Shown: positions 38,748 through 49,495 of the stretch, in pieces
Layout of the letters: each line of letters starts with the position of its first letter
Numbering within the stretch: the stretch's first letter is position 1
Assembly (NCBI GenBank): GCA_902788365.1
Contig: CADAJN010000005.1
Span: forward strand, 6,475-70,474
Direction of reading: 5' to 3'
DNA length: 64,000 nt
Source of the DNA: an uncultured Pseudomonadota bacterium
GTDB taxonomy: Bacteria > Pseudomonadota > Alphaproteobacteria > RF32 > CAG-239
Program-made: the position numbers and the translations under genes
Notes under the pieces: generated by a model
Told to the model about the DNA's origin: nothing
Seen by the model: only the letters and a program-made list of their open reading frames with translations
Databases searched by the model: none

Positions 38748-40847
38748 ATGCGCCCGCACATTTTAGACCATCTTTTTGCCTCAGTCACCACGCTTTCCGG
38801 CGTAGGGCCGAAATATGCCAAACTTTTAGAGAACTTTTGTGGAGCCCGATTGATTGATTTATTGTGGCATCTACCGTCCGGCGTTATTGACAGACGTTGC
38901 AACACGGCTCTCAAATACGTTAACAAAGGGCAAATTTGGACCGGCAAAGTGCGCATTATTGAGCACATTGTCCCGCGCACCCCGAAACAACCGTATCGTA
39001 TTGTGGCAGAAGAAGCCGATAAAGGCTTAATGGCCGAACAAATCATCTTGGACTATTTCAAAACCTTCGGCAACAGTTTGGCGCGTCAATTTCCGGTCGG
39101 TTCGCACAAAATTATCAGCGGCAAAATAGATGTTTTTAACGGCGCTCTGCACATGGCTCATCCCGAATATGTGGTTGATGACGGTGCTATAGAGCAAATG
39201 CCGGCTTTAGAAACGATATATCCTTTGACGGTCGGTATAAACAATAAAATACTCAACAAACTGATGCACCAAATCTTGGCAAATTTACCATCCCTGCCGG
39301 AATGGCAAGATGAAAGGTTAATCAAACAACGCTCGTTTCCCGACTTTAAAACCGCCTTACAACTGGCACACAATCCGCAAACCACAGATGATTTATTACC
39401 AACTGCGCCGGCACGCATGCGTTTAGCCTATGACGAACTGCTCGCCAATCAGCTGTCGCTTACCATTGTGCGCGGTCGGCTAAAAAAGCAAAAGGGCCGC
39501 TCTCTGGCTAACGCCGGCAAATTAAAACGAAAACTTTTGCAAGCGTTGCCATATGATTTAACCGCGGCGCAAAAACGCGTCCTTGCTGAAATTGAACACG
39601 ATTTATTCAGCGAATATCGTATGTTTCGTCTGCTCCAAGGAGATGTCGGCAGCGGTAAAACCGTTGTTGCCCTTTTAAGTATGCTAAGCGCCGTAGAATG
39701 CGGCGCACAGGCGGCCATTATGGCACCAACCGAAATTTTGGCTCAACAACACGCCGAAACAATTACCGAGTTGTGTGCGACAATCGGAATTAAAACCGCT
39801 CTGCTGACCGGTCATATTAAAGGCAAGGCCAGACAAGAGCTGTTAGCTGATTTGGCTGCCGGAAAAATTGATATTGTTATCGGCACACACGCCCTGTTTA
39901 CCGAAGATGTGCTGTTTCATGATTTAGCCTATGTTATTGTTGACGAACAGCACCGCTTTGGCGTCAATCAACGTCTTAATTTATCGCAAAAAGGACACCA
40001 ATGTGATGTTTTGGTAATGACCGCCACTCCTATTCCGCGCACTTTGCTTTTAACCCAATTCGGTGACATGACTTATTCGCAAATTGATGAATTGCCACCG
40101 GGGCGCAAACCGGTAAAAACAGTCATTGTGCCTTATGGTAAAATGGCTCAGGTTATCAATATGCTGGATGGCAAATTGCAAGCCGGCACACAGGCTTATT
40201 GGGTGTGTCCGCTGGTTGAAGAATCGGAGAAAAGCGATTTATCGGCAGCCATCACGCGTTATGAAGGCTTACGCCGGCTTTTCGGTGAAGATAAAGTCGG
40301 GTTGGTGCACGGTCGTATGAAAGAAAATGAAAAAGATGCGGTAATGACGGCGTTCAAAAACGGTCAAATTAAGCTTTTGGTAGCCACAACGGTCATTGAA
40401 GTCGGCGTTAATGTGCCTAATGCCACCGTGGCAATTATTGAGCACGCCGAACGCTTTGGTCTGGCTCAATTACACCAACTGCGCGGCCGCATCAAACGCG
40501 GCAATGAAGCCGGATTATGTGTTTTAATGTCTGATGCTTCCAGCCAAATTGCACAAATGCGTTTGCAAGCCATTTGCAATACCGAAGACGGTTTTATGAT
40601 TGCCGAAGAAGATCTGCGATTGCGCGGCGGCGGCGAAGTGTTGGGCACCAAACAATCCGGTTTTGGACATTTTAAGGTGGCCGATTTAGATGTTCATAGC
40701 GGCTTATTATTAACCGCCAGTCGCGATGCCGCCCTTATTTTGCAGCAAGACCCAAACTTGCATTCGTTACGCGGTGAAGCTCTGCGTATTTTGCTATATT
40801 TGTTTGAAAAAGATAGAGAACTGATGCAAACCTATAACGCCGGTTAA
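38748..40847 (+). CDS. recG: ATP-dependent DNA helicase RecG
   Basis: Wedge-domain N-terminus and helicase motifs GDVGSGKTVVA, DEQHRFG and QLHQLRGR. I prefer the start at 38748 (MRPHILD) because the track start at 38622 would overlap mfd. Confidence 0.9.
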   Translation: MRPHILDHLFASVTTLSGVGPKYAKLLENFCGARLIDLLWHLPSGVIDRRCNTALKYVNKGQIWTGKVRIIEHIVPRTPKQPYRIVAEEADKGLMAEQIILDYFKTFGNSLARQFPVGSHKIISGKIDVFNGALHMAHPEYVVDDGAIEQMPALETIYPLTVGINNKILNKLMHQILANLPSLPEWQDERLIKQRSFPDFKTALQLAHNPQTTDDLLPTAPARMRLAYDELLANQLSLTIVRGRLKKQKGRSLANAGKLKRKLLQALPYDLTAAQKRVLAEIEHDLFSEYRMFRLLQGDVGSGKTVVALLSMLSAVECGAQAAIMAPTEILAQQHAETITELCATIGIKTALLTGHIKGKARQELLADLAAGKIDIVIGTHALFTEDVLFHDLAYVIVDEQHRFGVNQRLNLSQKGHQCDVLVMTATPIPRTLLLTQFGDMTYSQIDELPPGRKPVKTVIVPYGKMAQVINMLDGKLQAGTQAYWVCPLVEESEKSDLSAAITRYEGLRRLFGEDKVGLVHGRMKENEKDAVMTAFKNGQIKLLVATTVIEVGVNVPNATVAIIEHAERFGLAQLHQLRGRIKRGNEAGLCVLMSDASSQIAQMRLQAICNTEDGFMIAEEDLRLRGGGEVLGTKQSGFGHFKVADLDVHSGLLLTASRDAALILQQDPNLHSLRGEALRILLYLFEKDRELMQTYNAG

Positions 40848-40880
40848 AAAGCAGAATTTGCAAAACACTTGTTCCAAATT

Positions 40881-40984
40881 AAACCTCGGATAATGAGTCT
40901 AGAACGCAGTGAATTTTAAGCGACGTGTACAAAAGAGGTACACGAGCGAAAAATTTACAAGTTATAGACCATTAGACGAGGTTT
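40881..40984. repeat. ~104-nt TIR element, full copy 2 (overlaps the rlmE 3' end)
   Basis: AAACCTCGGATAATGAG...CCATTAGACGAGGTTT. It fills nearly the whole recG/rlmE spacer, and the rlmE stop (40962-40964) lies inside it. Confidence 0.85.
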
Positions 40985-41666
40985 TATATCCAAGGGCGAC
41001 GACATACATCTCAACCGAATCCTGCCTGCTGGCATCGGGTTTAAAATGCGTGACTTTGGTAAAATGTTTTTTCATGTCGGCCAGCAAATTAGCTTCTGTG
41101 CCACCTTGAAAAACCTTGGCAATAAAAATCCCCCCTTCGGCAAGAACTTCTTTGGCAAATTCATAAGCCGCTTCCACCAAACCAAGCGTGCGCAAGTGAT
41201 CAATATTTTGCACTCCTGTTGTATTTGCCGCCATATCGCTCATCACCACATCGGCCGGCCCGTGAAGTAAGGCCTTTATTTTTTCGGCCGCACCGGTTTC
41301 GGTAAAATCCTGTTGAATCATTAAAGCGCCTTCTATCGGCTCGGCGGCAAGTAAATCCATGCCGACAATTTGTCCCTCGCCTTTGTTGCGCAGAGCGGCC
41401 ACCTGTGTCCAACCGCCGGGTGCACACCCCAAATCAACAATGGTTTTGCCCTTGCCCAAAAAATGAAATTTTTCATCAAGTTGAATCAGCTTAAATGCGG
41501 CACGCGAACGATATCCCAAACGTTTTGCCTCTGCCACATACGGATCGTTAAGTTGCCGTTCCAACCAACGGTTTGATGACACGGTATTGTATTTTGCCGT
41601 TTTCACACGCACGGTCAACATTTTGCGCCCGCGCACCTGTTTGGCCGATTTCGTCAGTTTTGCCAT
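40962..41666 (-). CDS. rlmE: 23S rRNA (uridine-2'-O)-methyltransferase RlmE/FtsJ
   Basis: SSNRWLERQLNDPYV, YRSRAAFKL and DLGCAPGGWTQV motifs. Confidence 0.9.
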   Translation of the reverse strand: MAKLTKSAKQVRGRKMLTVRVKTAKYNTVSSNRWLERQLNDPYVAEAKRLGYRSRAAFKLIQLDEKFHFLGKGKTIVDLGCAPGGWTQVAALRNKGEGQIVGMDLLAAEPIEGALMIQQDFTETGAAEKIKALLHGPADVVMSDMAANTTGVQNIDHLRTLGLVEAAYEFAKEVLAEGGIFIAKVFQGGTEANLLADMKKHFTKVTHFKPDASRQDSVEMYVVALGYKTSSNGL

Positions 41667-42595
41667 TTTTGCCCCAATTCTTCAATCAATGCTTCTTGTG
41701 CCCCTTTGAGTGACGCCGTCAGCGTTTTAATTTGCAACTCGTCATAAATGGTTTTGAAAATTACACATGCCGCCACAAAGATTGATGACCGGCTCTCTCC
41801 GATATACGGATTTTGCATTAAATCAATCAGCGACATGTTAAAAACTTTTTGCACTTGTTGTTCAATTTTTTCAATCGGCGCAGCCAAACCGTCGGCATAT
41901 TCTTTGCTGTAAACGCCGGTATTTTCCACCATATTCAGCAGTCTGAGCGGCGTGCTTGAAGTTGCCAAACAGCAACATTCGTCATGATGCACCGCATAAT
42001 CCGAATTTTGCAAAAACTGCCGTGTATATTTTTTGACCTCATTTGCCAATTTAGCCGCATTATCGGCATTATATTCCAATAAGTCAAAAACTTCGGAAGC
42101 GTTACGCGCCCCCCACGGCACGGAAATCGTATATAAAATTTGCGGCTCGGTTTGATTGCTGGCAAACGTAATTTCGGTAGAACCGCCACCTAAATCATAA
42201 ACCAACACATAAGGTTTGGTTTTATCCGCATTTAAAACCGCACCTTTCAAAGTCAGCGCCGCTTCTTCTTCAGCCGAAATAACTTCTAACTTAATGCCGC
42301 TCATTTCTTCAACCATTTGCACGAACGCCGCCCCGTTTTGCGCCATACGACACGATGCCGTTGCCACCGCACGATAATGTCCCACTTCGTAATCTTTCAT
42401 CAGCTCGGCAAAATGGGTTAAACACTTCAAACCGCGCTCTATTGCCTCGGACGTAAAGCACATATTTTCGGCCAAACCTTCGCCAAGCTTGGTTGTCACG
42501 GCCTCACGATAAATAACATTACCATTTTTATCCGTAATGCGAATACGGCATGAATTAGTGCCCAAATCAATGGCTGCCAGATTTTCGCCCTGCAT
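41654..42595 (-). CDS. Ppx/GppA family phosphatase, paralog 2 (313 aa)
   Basis: AIDLGTNSCR and YDLGGGSTEITF. The third phosphate-binding motif is degenerate (ATSSTP instead of GTSGT). Confidence 0.8.
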   Translation of the reverse strand: MQGENLAAIDLGTNSCRIRITDKNGNVIYREAVTTKLGEGLAENMCFTSEAIERGLKCLTHFAELMKDYEVGHYRAVATASCRMAQNGAAFVQMVEEMSGIKLEVISAEEEAALTLKGAVLNADKTKPYVLVYDLGGGSTEITFASNQTEPQILYTISVPWGARNASEVFDLLEYNADNAAKLANEVKKYTRQFLQNSDYAVHHDECCCLATSSTPLRLLNMVENTGVYSKEYADGLAAPIEKIEQQVQKVFNMSLIDLMQNPYIGESRSSIFVAACVIFKTIYDELQIKTLTASLKGAQEALIEELGQKWQN

Positions 42596-43685
42596 AATTA
42601 TGCCCCTTTCTAAACATTTTGCGTCGCCGTCCGTCGCGCCGGAAATAATTATTTTTCTGATGGTGAATCATATCCAGCAAAATTCCTTCTCTGATACCGC
42701 GATCGGCAATGGTAATTTCCGAAATCGGCCAAAATGAGCTTAAGGCTTCAATAATGGTGCAACCGGCCATGGTTAAATCGGCTTTTTGCTTACCGATACA
42801 AGAATGCCGGCACCGCCCCTCATAGCCCATATTTTTAATGCGCTGAATAACTTTCTTAACATCAGCACCGGAAAGCGCAATACCATCTACGGCCGCACGA
42901 TTGTAGCGCGGCAAATTCAAATGCACCGCACCCAAAACCGTCACCGTTCCCGAGGTACCGATAATCTGAATTTCCTGATTACGAATAGCCTCGCTGATTT
43001 GATATTTATCTTCAAATTCCTGCAAAATTTTTTGCGTGCGCTCAACAATGGTATTATAGGCCAAAGTAGTCATATCTTTGCCCGGGAAAGCCTCTGAAAT
43101 AGTCACCACACCATACGGCAGCGACACAAAGCCTTCAATAAATGTTTTACCGCTTTCGGTAATGCGCGCCAGTGAAATTTCTGTAGAACCGCCGCCGATA
43201 TCAAACACCAACGCCCGTTTAATCATACGATTTAACAGCGGCATACATCCCACCACCGCCAAACGTGCTTCTTCTTTAGAAGATATCACTTCCATTTTAA
43301 GGCCGGTGCTGTTTTCTACATTTTTTTCAAATTCGGCACAGTTCAAAGCGCGCCGACAAGCTGCCGTTGCCACAAAACGCATTCGCACAATCGGGCTGTA
43401 TTCATCTAAAATAGCGCTGCAAACTTTAAGTGCCGAAACCGTGCGCCGAATAGCCGGCTTGGTCAGCATATTGCCGTGAATAATATCTTCACCCAAACGT
43501 GTAATACGAGAAAAAGTTTCCACCACATGAAAAGAGCTTGGCGTCGGTTCGGCAATCACCAATCGGCAAGAATTTGTTCCTAAGTCAATGGCCGCATAAT
43601 ACCCGTTATTAGTTGCCGCCACATCATTATTTTGCGGTTCTTGCTTATAGTGATTAACCTGTTTTGCCTGCCTCTTATTCTGCAC
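42567..43685 (-). CDS. Ppx/GppA family phosphatase, paralog 1 (372 aa)
   Basis: AIDLGTNSCRLVI, FDIGGGSTEISL and IIGTSGTVT, plus a basic C-terminal tail. It overlaps paralog 2 by 29 nt. Confidence 0.8.
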   Translation of the reverse strand: MQNKRQAKQVNHYKQEPQNNDVAATNNGYYAAIDLGTNSCRLVIAEPTPSSFHVVETFSRITRLGEDIIHGNMLTKPAIRRTVSALKVCSAILDEYSPIVRMRFVATAACRRALNCAEFEKNVENSTGLKMEVISSKEEARLAVVGCMPLLNRMIKRALVFDIGGGSTEISLARITESGKTFIEGFVSLPYGVVTISEAFPGKDMTTLAYNTIVERTQKILQEFEDKYQISEAIRNQEIQIIGTSGTVTVLGAVHLNLPRYNRAAVDGIALSGADVKKVIQRIKNMGYEGRCRHSCIGKQKADLTMAGCTIIEALSSFWPISEITIADRGIREGILLDMIHHQKNNYFRRDGRRRKMFRKGHNYAGRKSGSH

Positions 43686-43687
43686 TT

Positions 43688-44776
<1,089 letters not shown>

Positions 44777-44904
44777 TCATTTCACCCATTACATCAGTTA
44801 TTACAAAGATAAAGTCATAAAGTTATAATTTTATTAATAATAAATAAAAAATTGTGGCTTTAAAAAACCTTTTCTATCGGCAATAACCGCATAATATGCT
44901 GAAA

Positions 44905-45438
44905 TTACGGATATAATTTAAATAATTTTTTTAATTCTGTTTCATGCTCTTCAACGCGCTTCACTTCAGCATCATTTAAATCAAGCTCTTGAATACGTTT
45001 TTGATGTGTTTTAACCATTTCGCGCGAAATATCATCAGTGCGCGCACCGAGTTGTTTAATAATAGCTTCCGAATGACGTTGCACATCCATTGCTTTCAGT
45101 AATTCATTCAGGCGTTTATAAACATAGCTGAAACGCTCGGCATCCCATTGGTGATAAACAAACCAAATACGCGACGGCCAATCCAGTTCTTCTTTTTCCA
45201 CCGAAAAAGAAGAATATGCCTCTTTATTGAGGTGCAATTTATTAAATTGCGGCCACAACCGCATAAAATCTTTAATTTCATCGGCATTTAATTCATTGCG
45301 TGCACGTTTTTGCTTTTCGGCAATCGCCGCCTCATGACGCTCCCAAGCAATTTCGGTAATATGACATTTACTGAGTTCTAAAATCAAAACCACGGCAACA
45401 ACCCACAGCATCAAATTACGCAAATCATCTCTTACCAT
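44905..45438 (-). CDS. Hypothetical membrane-anchored protein (177 aa)
   Basis: One N-terminal TM segment and a charged helical remainder. It overlaps the upstream HAD gene by 7 nt. Confidence 0.5.
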   Translation of the reverse strand: MVRDDLRNLMLWVVAVVLILELSKCHITEIAWERHEAAIAEKQKRARNELNADEIKDFMRLWPQFNKLHLNKEAYSSFSVEKEELDWPSRIWFVYHQWDAERFSYVYKRLNELLKAMDVQRHSEAIIKQLGARTDDISREMVKTHQKRIQELDLNDAEVKRVEEHETELKKLFKLYP

Positions 45439-46262
45439 TGCAATGTCTCCGCATAATAGTCCACATGCAATCCATAGTTTGCTTGCAATTCGTTTATCTG
45501 TGTGCCTAAATCTGCCGAAAATTGATGCACCCCGGAAGTCAGCAGTAAAGTTTGCGCCTTAAAATTGTATCCCAAACGCATATCCGTTGCCATTCCGTCA
45601 CCGATAACCAAACAGCGTGAACGCTGAAAATCGGCAATATTTTCAGTTAAATAAGCAGCAATACGCACATCGGGTTTACCGAATGAAAGCACTTTTCCAC
45701 CCAATAAAGCATATTGCTCGGCCAAAGCGCCGGCACCGGCACAAATTTGCCCGTTATCGCTGACAACAGACGTATTATTGCCCACACAAACAAGCGGCAA
45801 ACCACGCCGCAGAGCCTGTTCTAAAACCGGCATTTGAGCTTCCACATTAATTCCTTCGGCTACAGTTTCGGCCAAAACAAAATGTGCTTTATCCAACAGT
45901 CGCGTTTCCTGATAATTCAGCCCAAACATCATCTTAGACGGCAACGACGTCATATTGTAATAACAGCGTCCCAAAGATGAAGCATTTTGCAAATAAAAAT
46001 GAGCTATTTCACCGGCTGTAATCATGGCACAAAAAATATTCATCGGCACGCCGGCAGATTTTAGCAAGCCAAACAACTCACCCACTCGCAGACTAAGGTT
46101 TGAAGAAAGCATCACTCTCTTGCCGCTTTGATACATTTTAATTAAGGCTCCGAGTGCTGCCGCATCAATTTGCGAACCGCGCATAATCACACCGTTTACG
46201 CCGCAAATTACAGTATCAAATTCATCCTTTATACGCGAAATATATTTCAGTTTTTGGCTCAT
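45432..46262 (-). CDS. HAD superfamily subfamily IIA-like protein
   Basis: The C-terminal CLVIGDGMATDMRLG...LLLTSGV matches HAD motif IV. The N-terminal motif I reads ICGVNGV, so the catalytic Asp residues may be absent. Confidence 0.6.
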   Translation of the reverse strand: MSQKLKYISRIKDEFDTVICGVNGVIMRGSQIDAAALGALIKMYQSGKRVMLSSNLSLRVGELFGLLKSAGVPMNIFCAMITAGEIAHFYLQNASSLGRCYYNMTSLPSKMMFGLNYQETRLLDKAHFVLAETVAEGINVEAQMPVLEQALRRGLPLVCVGNNTSVVSDNGQICAGAGALAEQYALLGGKVLSFGKPDVRIAAYLTENIADFQRSRCLVIGDGMATDMRLGYNFKAQTLLLTSGVHQFSADLGTQINELQANYGLHVDYYAETLQW

Positions 46263-46343
46263 AAATCTAATTTTTCCTTTCCGATACTCGCCTAATTTGG
46301 TATGTTACGTCGGAATTGGTAAAAAATTAGATAACATTTTCGG

Positions 46344-46805
46344 CTAATTAAAAAAGTTATTGATTTTCGTCGTCAATTGTTGCTCAAAAAACTGCGGATC
46401 GGCCGCCCAAAACTGCGGATTATCAATTTTCAGATAACCGCGCGCCATACCGTCGTTAATTTTAACCAACACAATTGAGAGCGGCGTCATTAAATCATAA
46501 TCAATGCTGAATTGATAGGCATCATCATTTGCGTAATTGATTTCAAAATACCCGTAAACACCGCTGTAATATTGCTGATATATGTTATAAATCATACCCA
46601 TGGTTTTGCCGCAAGTGGCGCACAGCTGGTCATTATAAAATACGAAAATAATTGATTTGTTCCAATTATTGACATTTTCGCTCACATATTTATTGATAAA
46701 CGTATTACCACCCGAAGAATCTAAATATTGCGCCGATGTGCTATGGATATTACTTATAAAAAAAGCGCCGATAACAGCGCCGATAAAAATAATCTTTTTT
46801 AGCAT
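46344..46805 (-). CDS. Hypothetical secreted protein (153 aa) with a CxxC motif
   Basis: A signal peptide and a CATC motif in the context FVFYNDQLCATCGK, which is loosely thioredoxin-like. Confidence 0.5.
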   Translation of the reverse strand: MLKKIIFIGAVIGAFFISNIHSTSAQYLDSSGGNTFINKYVSENVNNWNKSIIFVFYNDQLCATCGKTMGMIYNIYQQYYSGVYGYFEINYANDDAYQFSIDYDLMTPLSIVLVKINDGMARGYLKIDNPQFWAADPQFFEQQLTTKINNFFN

Positions 46806-46825
46806 TTTGCCCCCTTGTTATTTTA

Positions 46826-48532
46826 TCATAACGGCGAGCAAGCCTCTTTGAGCCACAATTTTTCATTGTCCGTCAAATGCGGCGCCAAATCATCATAAAC
46901 GCTCTGATGATAATTATTCAGCCAAGCCCGCTCACCTTCAGTCAATAAATATTTATCAATCAATCGTTTATCAATAGGCGCTTTGGTTAAAACCGCAAAT
47001 TCCAAATATTGCGGCTCGGTTGATTTCAAACCGACCGCCGGCTGAATCTTAAGCAAATTCTCAATCCGAATACCATAAGCATTTTCTCTATAAATCCCCG
47101 GTTCATCAGACAGCACCATATTGGCCTTTAAACCATAATTTGAAGCACCGACGGAAATACTGATCGGTCCTTCGTGCACATTACCGAAACAGGCCACCCC
47201 ATGTCCGGTGCCGTGCTTATAGTCTGTCCCTTTTTGCCACATCTGTGAACGCGCCAAAACATCTAATTTAATACCGCCGATACCTTCCGGAAAACGTGCT
47301 TTTGCCAACGCAATATGCGCCTTTAAAACCTGCGTAAAATCAGCAATCATTTCCGCACTCGGACGGCCGATAGCCACTGTGCGCGTCACATCGGTGGTGC
47401 CGTCAAAATATTGTCCGCCGCTGTCCAGCAACAATAAATTACCCGCTTCCAGTTTTTTGTTTGTTTTTTCAGACGGCTGATAATGCACAATAGCACCGTT
47501 ACTGCCAAATCCGGCAATGGTAGCAAAACTCTCCGATACAAAAAGCGCCTGCTCCTGCCGCAGTTGATGCAACTTTTCCACCACATCAAGCTCGGTTTGC
47601 CCCGGTCCGTTTTCATCAAGCCAACACAGAAACTTTGTCAGCGCCACGCCGTCGCGAATATGACAATTTATCATGCCCTGCATTTCAACGGCATTTTTTT
47701 CAGCTTTTAAAATTTGACAAACATCGCGGCTTTTAAGCAAATTTGCACTTGGTGCCGCCATTTGCCGAATTTTTTCCGGCATCACATGAGCATCATATAA
47801 AATCGTGCGACCATTGGCATTTTGCAAAAATTCTTCCAAATCGCGCCAACCTTTAATTTCAATATCCGCTCCGTGCAAGCCGTCACCGTAAAGCACTGTT
47901 TTTCCATCGGCCGAAACTGTTGCAAACGCCCGCACCACCGGTGAATACGGTAAATCATGGGCATAAATATTCAAAAGCCACGACACACTGTCGGCCGATG
48001 TCAGCAAAAAATAATCCGCCTGTTGATCTACCAATTGCTTGGCTACAATTTGGCTTTTTTCTTCGCGCGACAAACCGGCATATTTTACATCACGATTAAA
48101 TATCGGCACATTTTTCGGCGTTTCAATCTGCACCCAATCGCCAACGTCAATAAATGCAATTTCCTTAAACCACCGCGCTGCATTTTCAATATCCGTCACG
48201 CTGAAACACCACGCATCATAGCCGACTTTCTGCACTCCTTGTTCGCCTAACAGCTGACAAATATTATTCATAAACGGCGCTTGATGCACCACGGTTATTT
48301 TTTTTCCGTCAACTTCATCGGCAGCTTGCAATTCATAACGTCCGTCCACCAACAAAAATACATTTTGCCGCGTCACAATCAACGCTCCGGCCGAGCCCGA
48401 AAAACCGCATAAATACTTTAATTTATGTTCTTGTGGCAAAATATCCTGTCCCAAAAAACGGTTACCGTGCGGCACAACATAAGCGTCCAAATCTGCCTCA
48501 ACCAACCGTTGTTTTATTGCATCTAAAGTCAT
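46826..48532 (-). CDS. Xaa-Pro aminopeptidase (M24B family)
   Basis: HGTGHGV, SDEPGIY and GIRIENL motifs with a creatinase-like N-terminus. The start at 48532 forms an ATGA overlap with the prmA stop; the track start is 48562. Confidence 0.85.
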   Translation of the reverse strand: MTLDAIKQRLVEADLDAYVVPHGNRFLGQDILPQEHKLKYLCGFSGSAGALIVTRQNVFLLVDGRYELQAADEVDGKKITVVHQAPFMNNICQLLGEQGVQKVGYDAWCFSVTDIENAARWFKEIAFIDVGDWVQIETPKNVPIFNRDVKYAGLSREEKSQIVAKQLVDQQADYFLLTSADSVSWLLNIYAHDLPYSPVVRAFATVSADGKTVLYGDGLHGADIEIKGWRDLEEFLQNANGRTILYDAHVMPEKIRQMAAPSANLLKSRDVCQILKAEKNAVEMQGMINCHIRDGVALTKFLCWLDENGPGQTELDVVEKLHQLRQEQALFVSESFATIAGFGSNGAIVHYQPSEKTNKKLEAGNLLLLDSGGQYFDGTTDVTRTVAIGRPSAEMIADFTQVLKAHIALAKARFPEGIGGIKLDVLARSQMWQKGTDYKHGTGHGVACFGNVHEGPISISVGASNYGLKANMVLSDEPGIYRENAYGIRIENLLKIQPAVGLKSTEPQYLEFAVLTKAPIDKRLIDKYLLTEGERAWLNNYHQSVYDDLAPHLTDNEKLWLKEACSPL

Positions 48533-49407
48533 CTTATTTTCTCCAATAAAGCGGCGCACCACCCGTCTTCACGATACATTTTTTTCAAGTGTAAGCCATA
48601 TTTTTCATGTTCGCCGAGCACCCAATCCGTCTGATTCTCAATAAACCCTGAAATAACCGCATATCCGCCTTTTTTCAAGGTAGCCGCCATATCCGGCACC
48701 ATGGCAATCAACGGTCGCGCCAAAATATTGGCTAAAATCACATCATAGGGCGCATTCTGTTGCACCAAATCAGCCTGATAGCCATCACTTAATGCCACTC
48801 TTATTTGCTTTTCCACATCGTTATCTGTTGCATTTTGTGCCGCTACCAAAACCGATTCGTTGTCAATATCCACCGCCACAATTTGAGCTGTTGGCCAAAT
48901 CTTAGCCGCCGCAATGGCTAAAATCCCCGAACCTGTGCCGACATCAAGCACCTTTTGCGGCACAACCTGTGCCAATCGGTTGATATCCGAAATTGCTTGC
49001 AAACACCCCTTGGTGGTTTGATGTTCGGACCCGAATGCCGTTGCCGCATAAACTTTAACCCCGATTTTTCCGCGCGTATCCACACTTTTTTCATGCACAC
49101 CGTAAATCAAAAAATCGCCCGTTTCAACCGGAGCAAATTTAATTACATTTTCGCACAACCAATCATTGCTGCTGATCACTTCGCTTTGATAAGGCGGCAG
49201 TTCAATGTTTGCCTGTTTGGCAGCCGCCAACAAATCGGCTTCACTCATTTCTTGGCGCATATAGCCGACCAGCTGTTCTTTACCGTCATCGCCATAGTCA
49301 TTGGTTACCACCTCAAAAAAATCCTCGGCAAACTCAGCCAATTTTTCATCAATATTTTTAACTGCTTCAAATTTAATAATTTTACATGTTCCGGCGTTAT
49401 TACTCAT
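48529..49407 (-). CDS. prmA: Ribosomal protein L11 methyltransferase
   Basis: VLDVGTGSGILAIAAAK SAM-binding motif and PrmA-like length and layout. Confidence 0.85.
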   Translation of the reverse strand: MSNNAGTCKIIKFEAVKNIDEKLAEFAEDFFEVVTNDYGDDGKEQLVGYMRQEMSEADLLAAAKQANIELPPYQSEVISSNDWLCENVIKFAPVETGDFLIYGVHEKSVDTRGKIGVKVYAATAFGSEHQTTKGCLQAISDINRLAQVVPQKVLDVGTGSGILAIAAAKIWPTAQIVAVDIDNESVLVAAQNATDNDVEKQIRVALSDGYQADLVQQNAPYDVILANILARPLIAMVPDMAATLKKGGYAVISGFIENQTDWVLGEHEKYGLHLKKMYREDGWCAALLEKIR

Positions 49408-49495
49408 TTTTTTTTACTTTCGTTATAACTTTATTTACCAAATATCTGTTATATGTATATGCAATATATATTGCAAACTTTAAAAAGAGCTTACC

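Noticed and set aside
44777-44904. CtrA-box (TTAA-N7-TTAA) regulation upstream of ccrM, as in Caulobacter.
   Set aside because: The region is AT-rich and contains TTAA half-sites, but I found no properly spaced full TTAA-N7-TTAA site on either strand.
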